A stretch of 64,000 bases of DNA from Trypethelium eluteriae. Taxonomy: Eukaryota. The stretch's first letter is position 1, and each line of letters begins with the position of its first letter. Below the pieces are notes generated by a model. It searched no databases. It was given only the letters and a program-made list of their open reading frames with translations, and was not told where the DNA came from. This document shows positions 1 to 10,923 of this stretch, in pieces. The position numbers and the translations under genes were made by a program. The DNA lies in NCBI GenBank assembly GCA_051942245.1, contig JAVECL010000019.1:1-64000 (forward strand), in the 5' to 3' direction.

Positions 1-139
1 ACAAGACGTTAGAAGTGTAATCTAATACTTTTTGAATCTATATAATCTAGTTGTGGATAATTAATGGGTACAAAAGCATTGAGGGGTGGTGGGGTTGATC
101 AGCTCGCCCGGGTGATCAGCTCACTTGTGAAACACGTTA
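1..139. mobile_element. End (terminal inverted repeat) of a pogo/Fot1-type Tc1-mariner DNA transposon that extends beyond the window start
   Basis: Reverse complement of 93-139 reads TA|ACGTGTTTCACAAGTGAGCTGATCACCCGGGCGAGCTGATCAAC: TA target site, ACGT terminus and an internal direct repeat (GAGCTGATCA x2), the architecture of fungal Pot/Tan1/Aft1-like TIRs. Bases 1-80 are AT/TpA-rich. Confidence 0.55.
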
Positions 140-655
140 AGTAAGGATCCTTCGGAGACTTTTCTCTACTCTACCTCCAGTACTTGAGGCTCACACTAGG
201 TCCACCTCCTGCTTTGACCACGGGGTTACCTACGTACTCATGTTCCTCGCCTTCTGTCTGAACCAAGAAAGACACCTAGTGTATTGCAAAATATCTGGGC
301 ATTGTGGGATTCCAGTTGGCTTGGGCTTCTGGGCAATCTTGTGCGGCACGAATTACCAGCACCGACGCTACTCCATGGCAACATATCTTGCAAGAAGCCC
401 GAAAGATGACATGTTGTCCCATGCGCCCCCTGTATTCCGCACCTTGAGCCCAGATAATGAGAAATTACGCGTGAAGTGACGCCGAAGCCAGATACTGATG
501 CAGCTGCACTTAGATGACATCTTGCCTGTCAAGGGCCGTGGACATGATATGAGGAAACACCCGCCCACAATAGCTTAGGGTTAATCTCAAAGTAAGATTC
601 GATTATATCTCTTTCCAATTCCTGATCTCTATGCGTCATAGCTTTGACATTTGCG

Positions 656-3045
656 ATGCGCGATGAGCTGCGAGGATTATTTCTGGCAGGCACTGGCCTC
701 GCGCAAGCTTTCGGAGTTGTGCCTTTAAGCGATTCTATTAGCGCAAGAGCTTTAAACAGTTCCAATGGAATTTTGAGCAGCTTACCGATTAAAGCCATCG
801 TACCTACACGTTCGGGACAGATTGGCGTGAACCCGCTCACTGCATATATCGGTCCGATCTCCCAATTGTAAGTCAGTAATGGAGATATCGTTTGGATGTG
901 TAAGAATGTTCACTGACTTCATCCAGTATACAGGATCCAGTCGGCCAAGAGACAATACTGGTCGCTCCCAATCCCAGCGCTACAAGTGTAAGGCCTCGCC
1001 CGCTGAATGCAGCAACCTACTACAAGAACTAAGCAATGTAGTGGATCGGTTCAAACACTATGAATCTGACGGATTTTACTTCTACAAGTGGCACGTTGAC
1101 CACGACAGAGAGCGTGCCCGCCTCAGTAACTACAGTAGCGTCAGCGACTGGGGCTCTCAGCGAGGGCGATGTGTCCTTGGTACTGGCTCCCTTTCTTCGG
1201 GATCAACTGGAAGTTGCTGCAAAGGCGGCAGTTTCAGCATGCGAAGCTGTCAACAAGGCAAAACGAAGTGATCTAAGTTCTGAGGATGGAGGTTCGCGGA
1301 TCTCCCCTTACCCCGATTCTGTTCCCTTGGTCTGCCGTTACAAACTGGAACAGACGAGTGCTAATATTTTACGCTAGGATTCGAGTCTTGCCTTATATCT
1401 GAAGCACTAGCAACTGCACAACCTGGTGGTATCATGGATGCAGCTGCCGGCTACATTGAATCCCTTAATCTGGACGTGTCCTCGTCTTTTAAAAGTCCTT
1501 TGGACGCCGCCATTGCAGTGGCAAAGTCTCAAGCAAGACGAAAGACGTTCTACGTCGCATTTACCTTTTTCAGCATCTATGCGACGAAAAAAGCGGTAAT
1601 GTGGCAGCTTCGATTTCCCAAGGCTCCAAAAATCCCCACCAAAGGCTGGACAGCACCATCATCCACGTCATCTCCGACGACGTGCCCTCCAGGGGCTCCA
1701 ACCGGCAGTAATATGGTATGTCTTTCATCATTCCCTCCGTGTATCTGTATTTGAAGAATGCTAATGCTTCTTCAGCCAGTGTGCGAAGACGAGGACTGCA
1801 ATGGACTGGATCAGAAGTGCAGCAGCGTAAGTTAAGGTCCAACGTAGAATCGAGTTTGTCTGATGTGACATTCAACAGGGCCCTTGGAAAAATTGCGACT
1901 GTGCAGGTTTAATACACTATGGAGAAGGAGACGGATACGAAGGCATACTTGACTGGTAGCGAGGTCTCATCTTATAGCGATCTATATTGGTCGCACCGTG
2001 AAGCTGGTGTGCTGACCAAGTTTAGGTTCGATCAACAACAAGCCATTCTAACATCCATTGATGACTTACCCGTTCCTAAATCAACGCCATCTTGTTTCGC
2101 TAACTCTGACGGTCCTGACTTTAGTGGCAAAGCCAAAGCTACGCCAGCAACATGGTGTGTCTGCGGTGCCTCGAAAAAAATCTACCCAACATTGTCATCT
2201 ACAACCCGATCCCCGTGCGGCTACACTTCGCTCCCTAGTACAACCATTTCAATAACAAGGGATCCCCTACCCTCAGCTGCCCCAACGAGCTGTAGGTTGA
2301 CAACTGTGAGCTACCCCGCTGATCTATCCGCAGCATTGACAGGTACCTATACTGGATGTACATGTAATGACAATCGGCACTGGGGCATAACAACCTATTC
2401 AAGTGGCAGTTCGACAAGCGTTGGTTGCGTAACGCCAACTTCTTCTTCCTCTTCGGCTTCTTCTCTACCTCCGGTGACTACCGGCGGCGCGGGAACCGTC
2501 CAATGTTTAGCAAAGCACCAGAAAGACGACCAGAACTGGTATATGAACGCTGGGTTGGGTTACTCAGCCGTCAGTAATTTTTGCACGGGCATAGCTCCTT
2601 ACGAGACTATTGGACCTGGCGGTCAGTCTTCAGATGGGTAAGAGATTCACAAAGCCGTGCCACATTCTTTCTTCCTGAGCATTGCACAAGAGAGAGCTAC
2701 TCTGACACACGGGCTTTAGGTATTGGACGAACCCGAGCACCACATATCCCCCTCCAAATCCGATTATCGCTGCGGTTACGTACGAGGGTGGAGATTGTCC
2801 GCCTATTGACTTTCACGATCACTCAAATGTTGACCTTTGCCTTACCAATCTCAAAATTCCGCTAGATAATTGTAAGTCGGGCTTGCTCGAGGTCCACGAG
2901 TCAACTAATGAATCTCCCAGGTGATCATAACACTGGAAGTTGGTTCAATACACAGGGAGGAAACCTGACTCAGGGTTGCTATGTCTGGTCTATCTTCATG
3001 TGTAACGATCAACATCGCATCGGGCAATGTCCCAACTTCGGGTAA
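656..3045 (+). CDS. Multi-exon secreted hypothetical protein with Ser/Thr-rich linkers and Cys-rich C-terminal domain(s)
   Basis: ATG 656 with signal-peptide-like start (MRDELRGLFLAGTGLAQA). GT-AG introns join ORF pieces 644-871, 1060-1377, 1434-1754 and 1919-2641. Last exons read ...CLTNLKIPLDNC/DHNTGSWFNTQGGNLTQGCYVWSIFMCNDQHRIGQCPNFG* (stop 3043-3045). Confidence 0.6.
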
Positions 3046-3974
3046 CGGTAGCGAAGCTAATAACGCGGCAGTGACGCGTGTCAATATTAATGCAATTTGT
3101 CATGTATAATGTATGTGTACGTCAAAGTACTGCGATCTTGGAGAGGATGCTTGTTAGCAAGTCAAGCTGCTGAATAATAATATTCCTCTCTCTGATCATG
3201 TTCATCACTGATAATGTCGTCCTGGAGCTGACTCGGATTACTTCCTAGCTGAAAGCAGTGCTGTTCTTGTGGTGATACTTCAGAATGCCATCAAAGAAGC
3301 CGCAGCCCAAGCTTGACATTACGATCGGAGATATGTATTGCGCTGACACCCTTCACCAGATGTCTCAATAATCACTCATCTATCCGCGCCCCTAACCTCT
3401 CCCCAACTTAATTTCTTGCGAATATGGCCCTCGCTCGTTACATGCTGCTCCATTGCTTAGTGTCCAACCACGTTTATATGCATTCGTTACGCTATCGACT
3501 TCCATTGGCCTGGGACAACTTGCCAGACATCAAAGGTTCGGAGGGCAGTGGAACGGGCAAATGGGGGGGCGCGTGGCTCTTGAAGATTGTCGCAACAGGG
3601 ACTCAACTACCAGTATGTACACACCGCGCTTTGCGGCGACTGGGACTTCAGGCGACGAACAGGCCCGCATTGAACTCGTTACTCCTTTATTCGCGGCAGA
3701 TGTACACCATGCCTATCTTTGAGAGCAGAAAAGGCTGCCTCGACCCTAAAGATGTCGATCAGCTGGGATGCTCCATTATTGCGACAGCGGGCTCGGATCC
3801 GAAGGCACGCGGAGAGCACTTCGTCTGATAACTTGGTACGGATCGTGCATCACTTCAGTTGGGTCAAGATGCCGGTCGGTAAAATTTGCAAGAAGATGGA
3901 GAATACATAGAGCGGGATGTTTGAGCAGCCGCCTGGCAGTGAACGGATTGACCGTTTCAAGACCCTGGGAGTCG

Positions 3975-4590
3975 AGGTCCTCACCTCAAGCTACCTTGAG
4001 GCAAGGGCTCGGCGGCGTCTTCACCAGCCTCTCCATCTCCCCCTCAAACTCACCTCCATCATCGTCAAGGCCTATACCACCGTGTCGGCCCAGGGCTCTT
4101 TCCGACCAAGCAGCTGTATAAACCGTCGTCCGCCGTCGATACTACGCTACAATCCGTAGGGCATAGGAAAGGAGTCACATCCGGCGGCAAATGGCGCTGC
4201 GGCTGGCTCGACCTCGTTCTCGTGAAATATAGCTGCGCCATCAACCACTACGCCTTACTCAGCCTCACCAAGCTCGACGCTCTCGACGTCTTTTACGAGG
4301 TCAAAGTCGCCGTCGTGTACAAGTACAGGCGCACTGGCAGGCCATACGTCGAGGGCTAGAGCTTCGCCGCCCCACCTGCAGGCACGAAGGAATTAGAAAA
4401 CGCTGAGATCGTGTATTAAACACTGTAGGGCTGGGGAGGCAGTAAGGGCGGTAAGACCGAAGATGTTAAGAGGGGGGAGAATGTGCTGCTACCGGCAAAG
4501 AAGGACGTCAAGCGGATTGAGGAGAACGTGGGTGTGAAGATTAGGTGGATTGCCACTGGACCTAGAAGGGAAGATCTACTTATGAGATGG
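3975..4590 (+). pseudogene. ADE12: Adenylosuccinate synthetase pseudogene (C-terminal half recognisable; frameshifts and stops)
   Basis: Across shifting frames: [57 protein letters not shown] (TAA 4417, TAG 4426), IEENVGVKIRWIATGPRREDL. These are all AdSS/PurA signature segments. Confidence 0.9.
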
Positions 4591-5104
4591 AATTTGAGCA
4601 TTGGAGTTGCGGAATGTACTACATGGGGTAGTGTGCAGCAATTTGATGAGCTCTCTTCCTTCCGCGTTTCCGACCATTTTGTTCGATGTGGCGGCGATCT
4701 CTCTGCCTGCATCTTTCTGTTCGTGTCCGCAGGCTATTTTCCATAGCGAAGTTGTTGACTAGGTGGGGGTTCGAGAGGGCATGATTTCGCAGTTAATGGC
4801 GATTCAGCAGTGGCATCGGCGTGTAGGCTAGGCAGTGAAGCAAATCGATTTGAGGTAGGCCGTGAATTAAGTCTCCCTGCACCAATCCTTACGCAAGTTC
4901 GCCTTGGTGTACTATGATTTTGCAATCGGATTTGTTGGACGAGAAATGGATTAACTCTTGGCGCTCGGAAGCGATTGACTTTTCCCTAATTACCGAACTG
5001 ATTTGCCCCAATCCATCGATTTCACCAAATATTTTCCAATAAGTGGGCCCGGCCTGCGCCACGTATCCAGAAGATTTATCGACTGATCAATGCGGAATAC
5101 TAAA

Positions 5105-6661
5105 ATGGCTTCCAATCACAGCCTGCGAGTACTTTTGGTGGGGGAGCGGGGCGCGTGAGCATGCACTGGCTTGGAAGTTAGAGTATGTAAATCTCTAAAA
5201 GTCGAACACGTCTATGTTGTTCCTGGAAATGCAGGCACTGCAGCGCTTTATAAGGCATCGAATCGCGCTGACACAGCAAGCGATGACTACCCAGGACTAG
5301 TTGTTCTAGCAAAGAACTTACAGATAGGCCTCGTGGTTGTTGGCCCTGACAGGGCGGTCGTGGATGGCATTGAAGGATACTTCCGACAGAGTGAGTTAGC
5401 ACTCTCCCATGTTATAATGGAAATCACTCTTACACTTCGAGGCGGAATACCTTGCTTCGCGCCGACTAAGGAAGCCGCTGAGTTGGAAGGATCCAAAAGC
5501 TTCGCCAAGGACTTCATGAGAAGGCACAACATTCCCACCGCCCGCTATGAGAACTTCAACGATCTGGAGGCTGCAAAGCGCCACGTTCTCCAGATCGGTT
5601 ACCGAGTCGTGATCAAGGCATCTGGTTTGGCTGCCGGCAAAGGCGTCATTCTTCCATCATCAACCTATGAAGCAGTCAAGGCTCTCGAGGACATCCTTGG
5701 CAACCGCGTTTTTGGCGCCGCAGGTTCTTCGGTTGTTGTCGAAGAATGCCTCGAAGGGCAAGAAATTAGCATTCACACTCTTAGTGACGGAACCCATACT
5801 TGGTCCTTTCCGCCTGGACAAGACCACAAACGTGTCCATGATGGAGACCGCGGACTGAACACAGGAGGTATGGGGGTGTACACACCAACACCGTTCGTCA
5901 CGCCGCCTATGATGCAAGATATCGAAACATTAATCTTAGAACCAACCTTTGAAGGCCTCCGCCTCGAAGGTAAGCATTATATTCTCGCATTATCGTGATT
6001 TAAACGCCCGATTAACCATGGACTAGGTCGTACATTCGTTGGTTGTTTATTTTCCGGCGTCATGCTCACCTCTTCGGGACCGAAAGTGTTAGAGTACAAT
6101 ACTCGCTTCGGCGACCCAGAGACGCAGTCCATGATACCACTCCTCGACGAAACAACCGGTCTGGCGGAAGTCTTTCTCGCTTGCACGCAGGGCAAGCTCG
6201 ATCAGGTCTCTATCAAGACAGTGCCTGCCTTTGCGTGCAATGTCGTTGTAGCCGCCAGAGGATATCCTCAGTCCTACAGCTCCGGAGAAACCATCGAGAT
6301 TGGCAAAAGTGACACTGGTAATGACCTTATTACTCTTGAGAGCTCTTGACAATCTGGATAACTAATGCTTTAAGATTTTATCATATTCCACGCTGGCACA
6401 AGGATAGTAGATGGAAAGGTTACAACTGCAGGTGGTCGAGTGCTTGCAGTTGCTGCTGTTCGGGACACTCTTCAGGACGCGGTCCACACTGCATACGAAG
6501 GGATCAATTCGGTAAAATTTCATGGTATGCATTACCGGAAGGATATTGCACGACGGTACGTCAGTCCTCTACGATACCGACGATCTTGCGCAAAACCAGT
6601 TGCTACGTACTCCCTCTTACTGAGTCCTAGAGCTTTACCTGATCATCCGTCACCTCCGTAA
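5105..6661 (+). pseudogene. Stand-alone phosphoribosylamine-glycine ligase (GAR synthetase, PurD/Ade5 domain only), 5' end disrupted
   Basis: Motifs (R)EHALAWKL, VVPGNAG, VVGP, AAELEGSKSFAKDFM, VIKASGLAAGKGV, QDHKR..DGD.GLNTGGMG, EYNTRFGDPETQ, FHAGT, TAGGRVLAV, YRKDIA. Four GT-AG introns; no AIR-synthetase domain follows. From ATG 5105 the frame hits TGA at 5156-5158 because of an extra G (5140-5144), with a 5-nt insertion near 5181-5185. Confidence 0.8.
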
Positions 6662-6855
6662 CGAGTTCTTCAGAGCATGACATCAGCCACATTAAATTGG
6701 AGAATTGAAGGAGATGCCAACTACAAAGTCGATCCTGTATATCCGCATAGCGACCAGCAATCATTGCGCCGGAGTTTCTGTTGTAGGGTTTGGAGGCAAA
6801 TCGATCTTGTGGATAGAAGGATATACTTGGTAACCTTTTGTGTGCGACACTAATA

Positions 6856-9800
6856 CTACCGGTACGTATTCGGAGTCTTGTCATCACGCACCCGTTGTAT
6901 GAAAGCTCGCGCGGATTCTGTACGCTGTCAGTGATAATGATAGAGAAGTGATTTGGATCACAAACCATCCGCTCCCTGGTGAGTTGATGTAATGTAGCTC
7001 TTGAAAGCTCGCGACATTTTAACAACTTGTTCCAGATGTTTCGACGTGATAGTAGGAGTCTCGTTCTCTTTGCTTTGGTAAAGGGCAAGGGCAACTGCTG
7101 TTTGAAAGGCTGCTCTTTATTAGCCTCAAGGCTGCCGCGTACAAGTGCAGATCGACGTTACCGTTGCGGATTTCTCGTCCGTTCCATTCCAGTTTTCGCA
7201 GCATCTCCGACTCCTCGACGTATTCTTTGGCGCTCTGGGCAACCTTGATCGCCTTGCCACGAGTCGAGGCATTATCGGCTAGCATATCGAAATTATTCGT
7301 CCAGATTACCTGCCGTGCTGGCTCTTCAAGCTTGTCATATCCGATTTGCACATGGATACGGGACATGAATGCATCGTCAAACAAGCCAACTCGATTAGTA
7401 GTCAAGAAGAGAATGCCTTTGAAATAATCCAAAGCTCGAAGGAAGACTATTGGTGCTCTATCAGCCCCTTGAGACCAGTTGGGGACTCACTCTGCTGCAC
7501 TTACTAGATACAACGGAATTTCTCATCAGGTCATCGATACTTCTGCGCTCCATGTATACATCGGCCTCATCAAGTAACACGATCGCTCCCCAGTCGTTGG
7601 CATCTCTAAAGAAAGTGAGTAAATTGCGCTCCAGCTGAATGGGATCATCCCCCAAATCAGCAGTGGTAATGCTTAATAGAGGTCGTTTCGTAAATTCTGC
7701 AACCGATTCTGATCGACCTTTAGTAAATTTCTGGCAATTCAGCGCAGCACCCACCGGCAGTAAGCGTCTTTCCAGTACCCGGTGGCCCGTGGAGCAAAAA
7801 AACCTGGCCCTCGCCTTTTCCCTGGATGTAATCGGTGAAGTATGGCTTGCCGCCATGCTCTTGCGATGTATACGCGGCGCAGATTGCCTTGATCAGATCC
7901 TTGTTGCTCTCCGTCTTCATCACAAGCTTATCGATGGCATGAGCATCAATCTCAGCTTCCTCGATTCTGTTGACGTCGAGAAGATCTAACGTGCGCAAAT
8001 CAGCATAGTCATCCTCGAAAATTTGGTCTCGAAGGTGCAAGGTCACGAACCCCATATTCTGTCCTTGAGCATGAATGCATGCAAGCGCGAATCGCAGAGA
8101 AAGTACTTATGATCATCAAATGCGTGATCATCCCTCGGATTGAGGTCATCATATGAGCCAAATGTTAAGGGAGCATAGATCTGACGCTCAGAATTGTGTC
8201 TCTGACAGTTTTCACATTTACACTCAGGCATTCTTGCTCTGGACCCAATCTTAGGATCATCCCCGGGTATTCTATCCCTTCCGGGGAAAGGAAAAGCGAA
8301 GGGGTCATTGATCTCGTAGGGATCGAACTCCAATATTCCTTTGGAACTGTGGGATGTGGCGATCTTATTTCTCTTGTAATCGACTACTGCTCGTGCCCGA
8401 TCGTACTGATAGAACGGTCAGACTGGGGATCCCGAGCCATGTTGGTTAAAGACTTACATCCTTGGTCCCAGATTGCAGACCCTGACCGGAGTATGCCATA
8501 TACGATGGACCACGTGCTAACGACACGTATTTTTTGCCTCGCTCGACTAGTTCCTGCCGCAGCGATTGCTGATCTTCAGATCTTTTAGGGTGAAATCTCT
8601 CCGGATACAATGGTAAACTTGTTATTTCGCGCTCTCCGTCGAATACTGGTATGAGGATGGTTTTGGTCTGTCGCGAAATCGCTCTACCATTAAATACGAG
8701 GTTCCAAACCTCGATTGCATAGCATCTGGTCTGATGCTTCTTAGAAAACTGTTCTCTGGTCAATTCTATGACGTATGCGTTGTGAAGACCGTACTCCTTC
8801 ACATAGACATCAGTTCCGGGTTTCATCAGAAGCCAAAGCGAGCCAAATGTCGTCGTCGGAACTGTCTTTTCCCATCTTTCCTCCGCCTGTTTGAGCCGTA
8901 TCTCATCCTGAAGATAGAGATAGTCAACAAGCGCATTGATGTGGCGATCGCATGCGTTATTGTATTCTTCACTGTGCCTTTCACGCGAGGGGTGCTGCTT
9001 TTGATATCTTCTCAGATCGTCCTTGTGGAGATATAGATCTCTATAGGGATACTGAAATTCCCCCTTCTCGAAGATGTCACTATTGCTTTCGTCGACGTCG
9101 TTGGTCTCGTCTGCCTCATGAGAGGTGTAGCAAACCACAGCTCTCAGTGCATTGAGTAATAGAGGAGAATTGATGATCAGATGACGCGTCAAAACTCTAT
9201 CTTGCGGACCCAGAGCCGTTGGATCAACTTTTCCGTCTTCGTCAGATTCGTCTTTGGCCTTTCCGTTCAATGTTTCGCTGGTGCTATCGTCTGAGTTCCG
9301 TCTTCGCAATCTCCGGCGGGGGGCATTCTCGGGATGAACGATTTTGATGATCTCTTGGATCACTGGCAGCCTTTTGGGTCTCGTGTCCTTCTTCTGAAGC
9401 AAGGGCTTAGTCTCGAACTCTTGTTCGTAGTCGAAATGATATTGGAATGGTCCAAACAAATCACTGATCACAAACCTCAGCATGTACGAAACTTTGTCTT
9501 CATAGATAGTCTCCTTCAACTCTTTGTCTGCGTTTTTGACGGAGTCGTCTTTCTCATTGTCTGTTACCCCCTTAAGTTTCTCTGCTTCAAAAGGCTGCGT
9601 TTCGCTGCAAAATTGGAAGGTGATTTCCCATCCAGGTTCGACGAGCTCGTTCCATGCGCTCGAATGTATAAGACTGCCATCAGGAGCTCGAATCTCGAAG
9701 TTGTAGGTCTCAATTTCCCAGAGACTAGTGGCACTCTGACCATATATTGCTTTCAAGAAGCCATGAAAGTCCTAGAGGTTCAATTAATGGAAGAGCGGAC

Positions 9801-10103
9801 TCTGGAAGAACACAGTATACACACTTTCCATGTTTTGACTTGACTATATGCAAAGATCCATGGGTCATATAGATTTCCTTTGCGATCGCGCCTTCTCAGC
9901 TTTATTGATGATTTGCTGGAGACGTGATTAAGGGACTGCTCGGTTACCATAACAACATTGTCAGACTCTGCTGAGTGAGTCGGTCCATCGGTCTTCGAGT
10001 CTCCTTCTCCGAGATCTTCAGGTCCATGCTCTGTCGTATGCAATACTTGCTCGGACTCGATGGGATTTGCGGCCAGGACCGCTGCGCCCTCGCCGTCCTC
10101 CAT
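6856..10103 (-). CDS. Fungal AAA+ ATPase with N-terminal ubiquitin-like domain (multi-exon)
   Basis: Walker A HGPPGTGKTLTA, Walker B LLDEADVY, SRH region LTTNRVGLFDDAFMSRIH, lid WNGREIRN/AFQTAVAL. N-terminal segment W.F.YSQVKTW...EIRAPDG..I....WNELVEPGWEI resembles the fungal ubiquitin-like domain. Exons splice in frame to a stop at 6856-6858. Confidence 0.88.
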
Positions 10104-10923
10104 TGCCTTTGACACTCGTGTGATGTTTTAGGCAAAGAGCTGCTGATTACCACTAATAGCCTACACACCGCACATTAATGAGTACGACAGGACTGACACA
10201 AAGGTGAGTTTGACTGATTGCTCGCTCATTGAACAATCTGGGCACATCAGGACGTTGCCGTCCACAAATGGAGTTCTGCTTGCTGCTTGCTTCGGGAAGA
10301 TTGCTGCGTTGCAGATTCAGGGTTCCGGGTGATAGATAGCAGGTTTGCGGCATCTAAGATACAAGCTGGGACTCTTCACGCAAGCTCATTGTTGAGATTG
10401 ATGAAGGTCAAAAATGAGTGACGCACATGAGAAGCACGTAGAGAGGCACCGTTCTTCTCAGCCCAAGGGGCGAGCCAGGTTAGTGAAACGAAAAGAAAGA
10501 TCCTCCATGCAATGCAGGGGGGGCAGCTTCAGCCGCATGACGGAAATTATACCAAGTATGGAATAGACCATCCATCAATCATCTGATCGAGATGGATCAC
10601 CACTCACTTTATTACTTGTGGCCTAGTATCAATAATGGCGGACTTAGTTCTTGTCCACTGTACTAATAAGCGTTGAGGTAGAGTACTGTCGGCATGTTGG
10701 GGGCTGAAACGACTTGGCGTGGGACGGAAGGAGGGCGAGGGGCGAGGCGGGCTCCAAGGATCCGCTCAGGCGCCTAGTATTTCTAATAATACGGTACTTG
10801 ATGGCTGCTGTGTCTCTCCGCACAGAATGCCCAAAGTGCCATAAGGACCCAGTGAGTGATCGCACATAGAATCTGTTATGCAGGGCCCTTGTGCTCGATC
10901 TTTCGCTTTGTAGAAAGAGGCAA

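Noticed and set aside
3424..3970. ORFs upstream of the AdSS fragment as its N-terminal half or as genes
   Set aside because: I could not recognise the AdSS N-terminal motifs (QWGDEGKG, GGxNAGHT); too degenerate to call.
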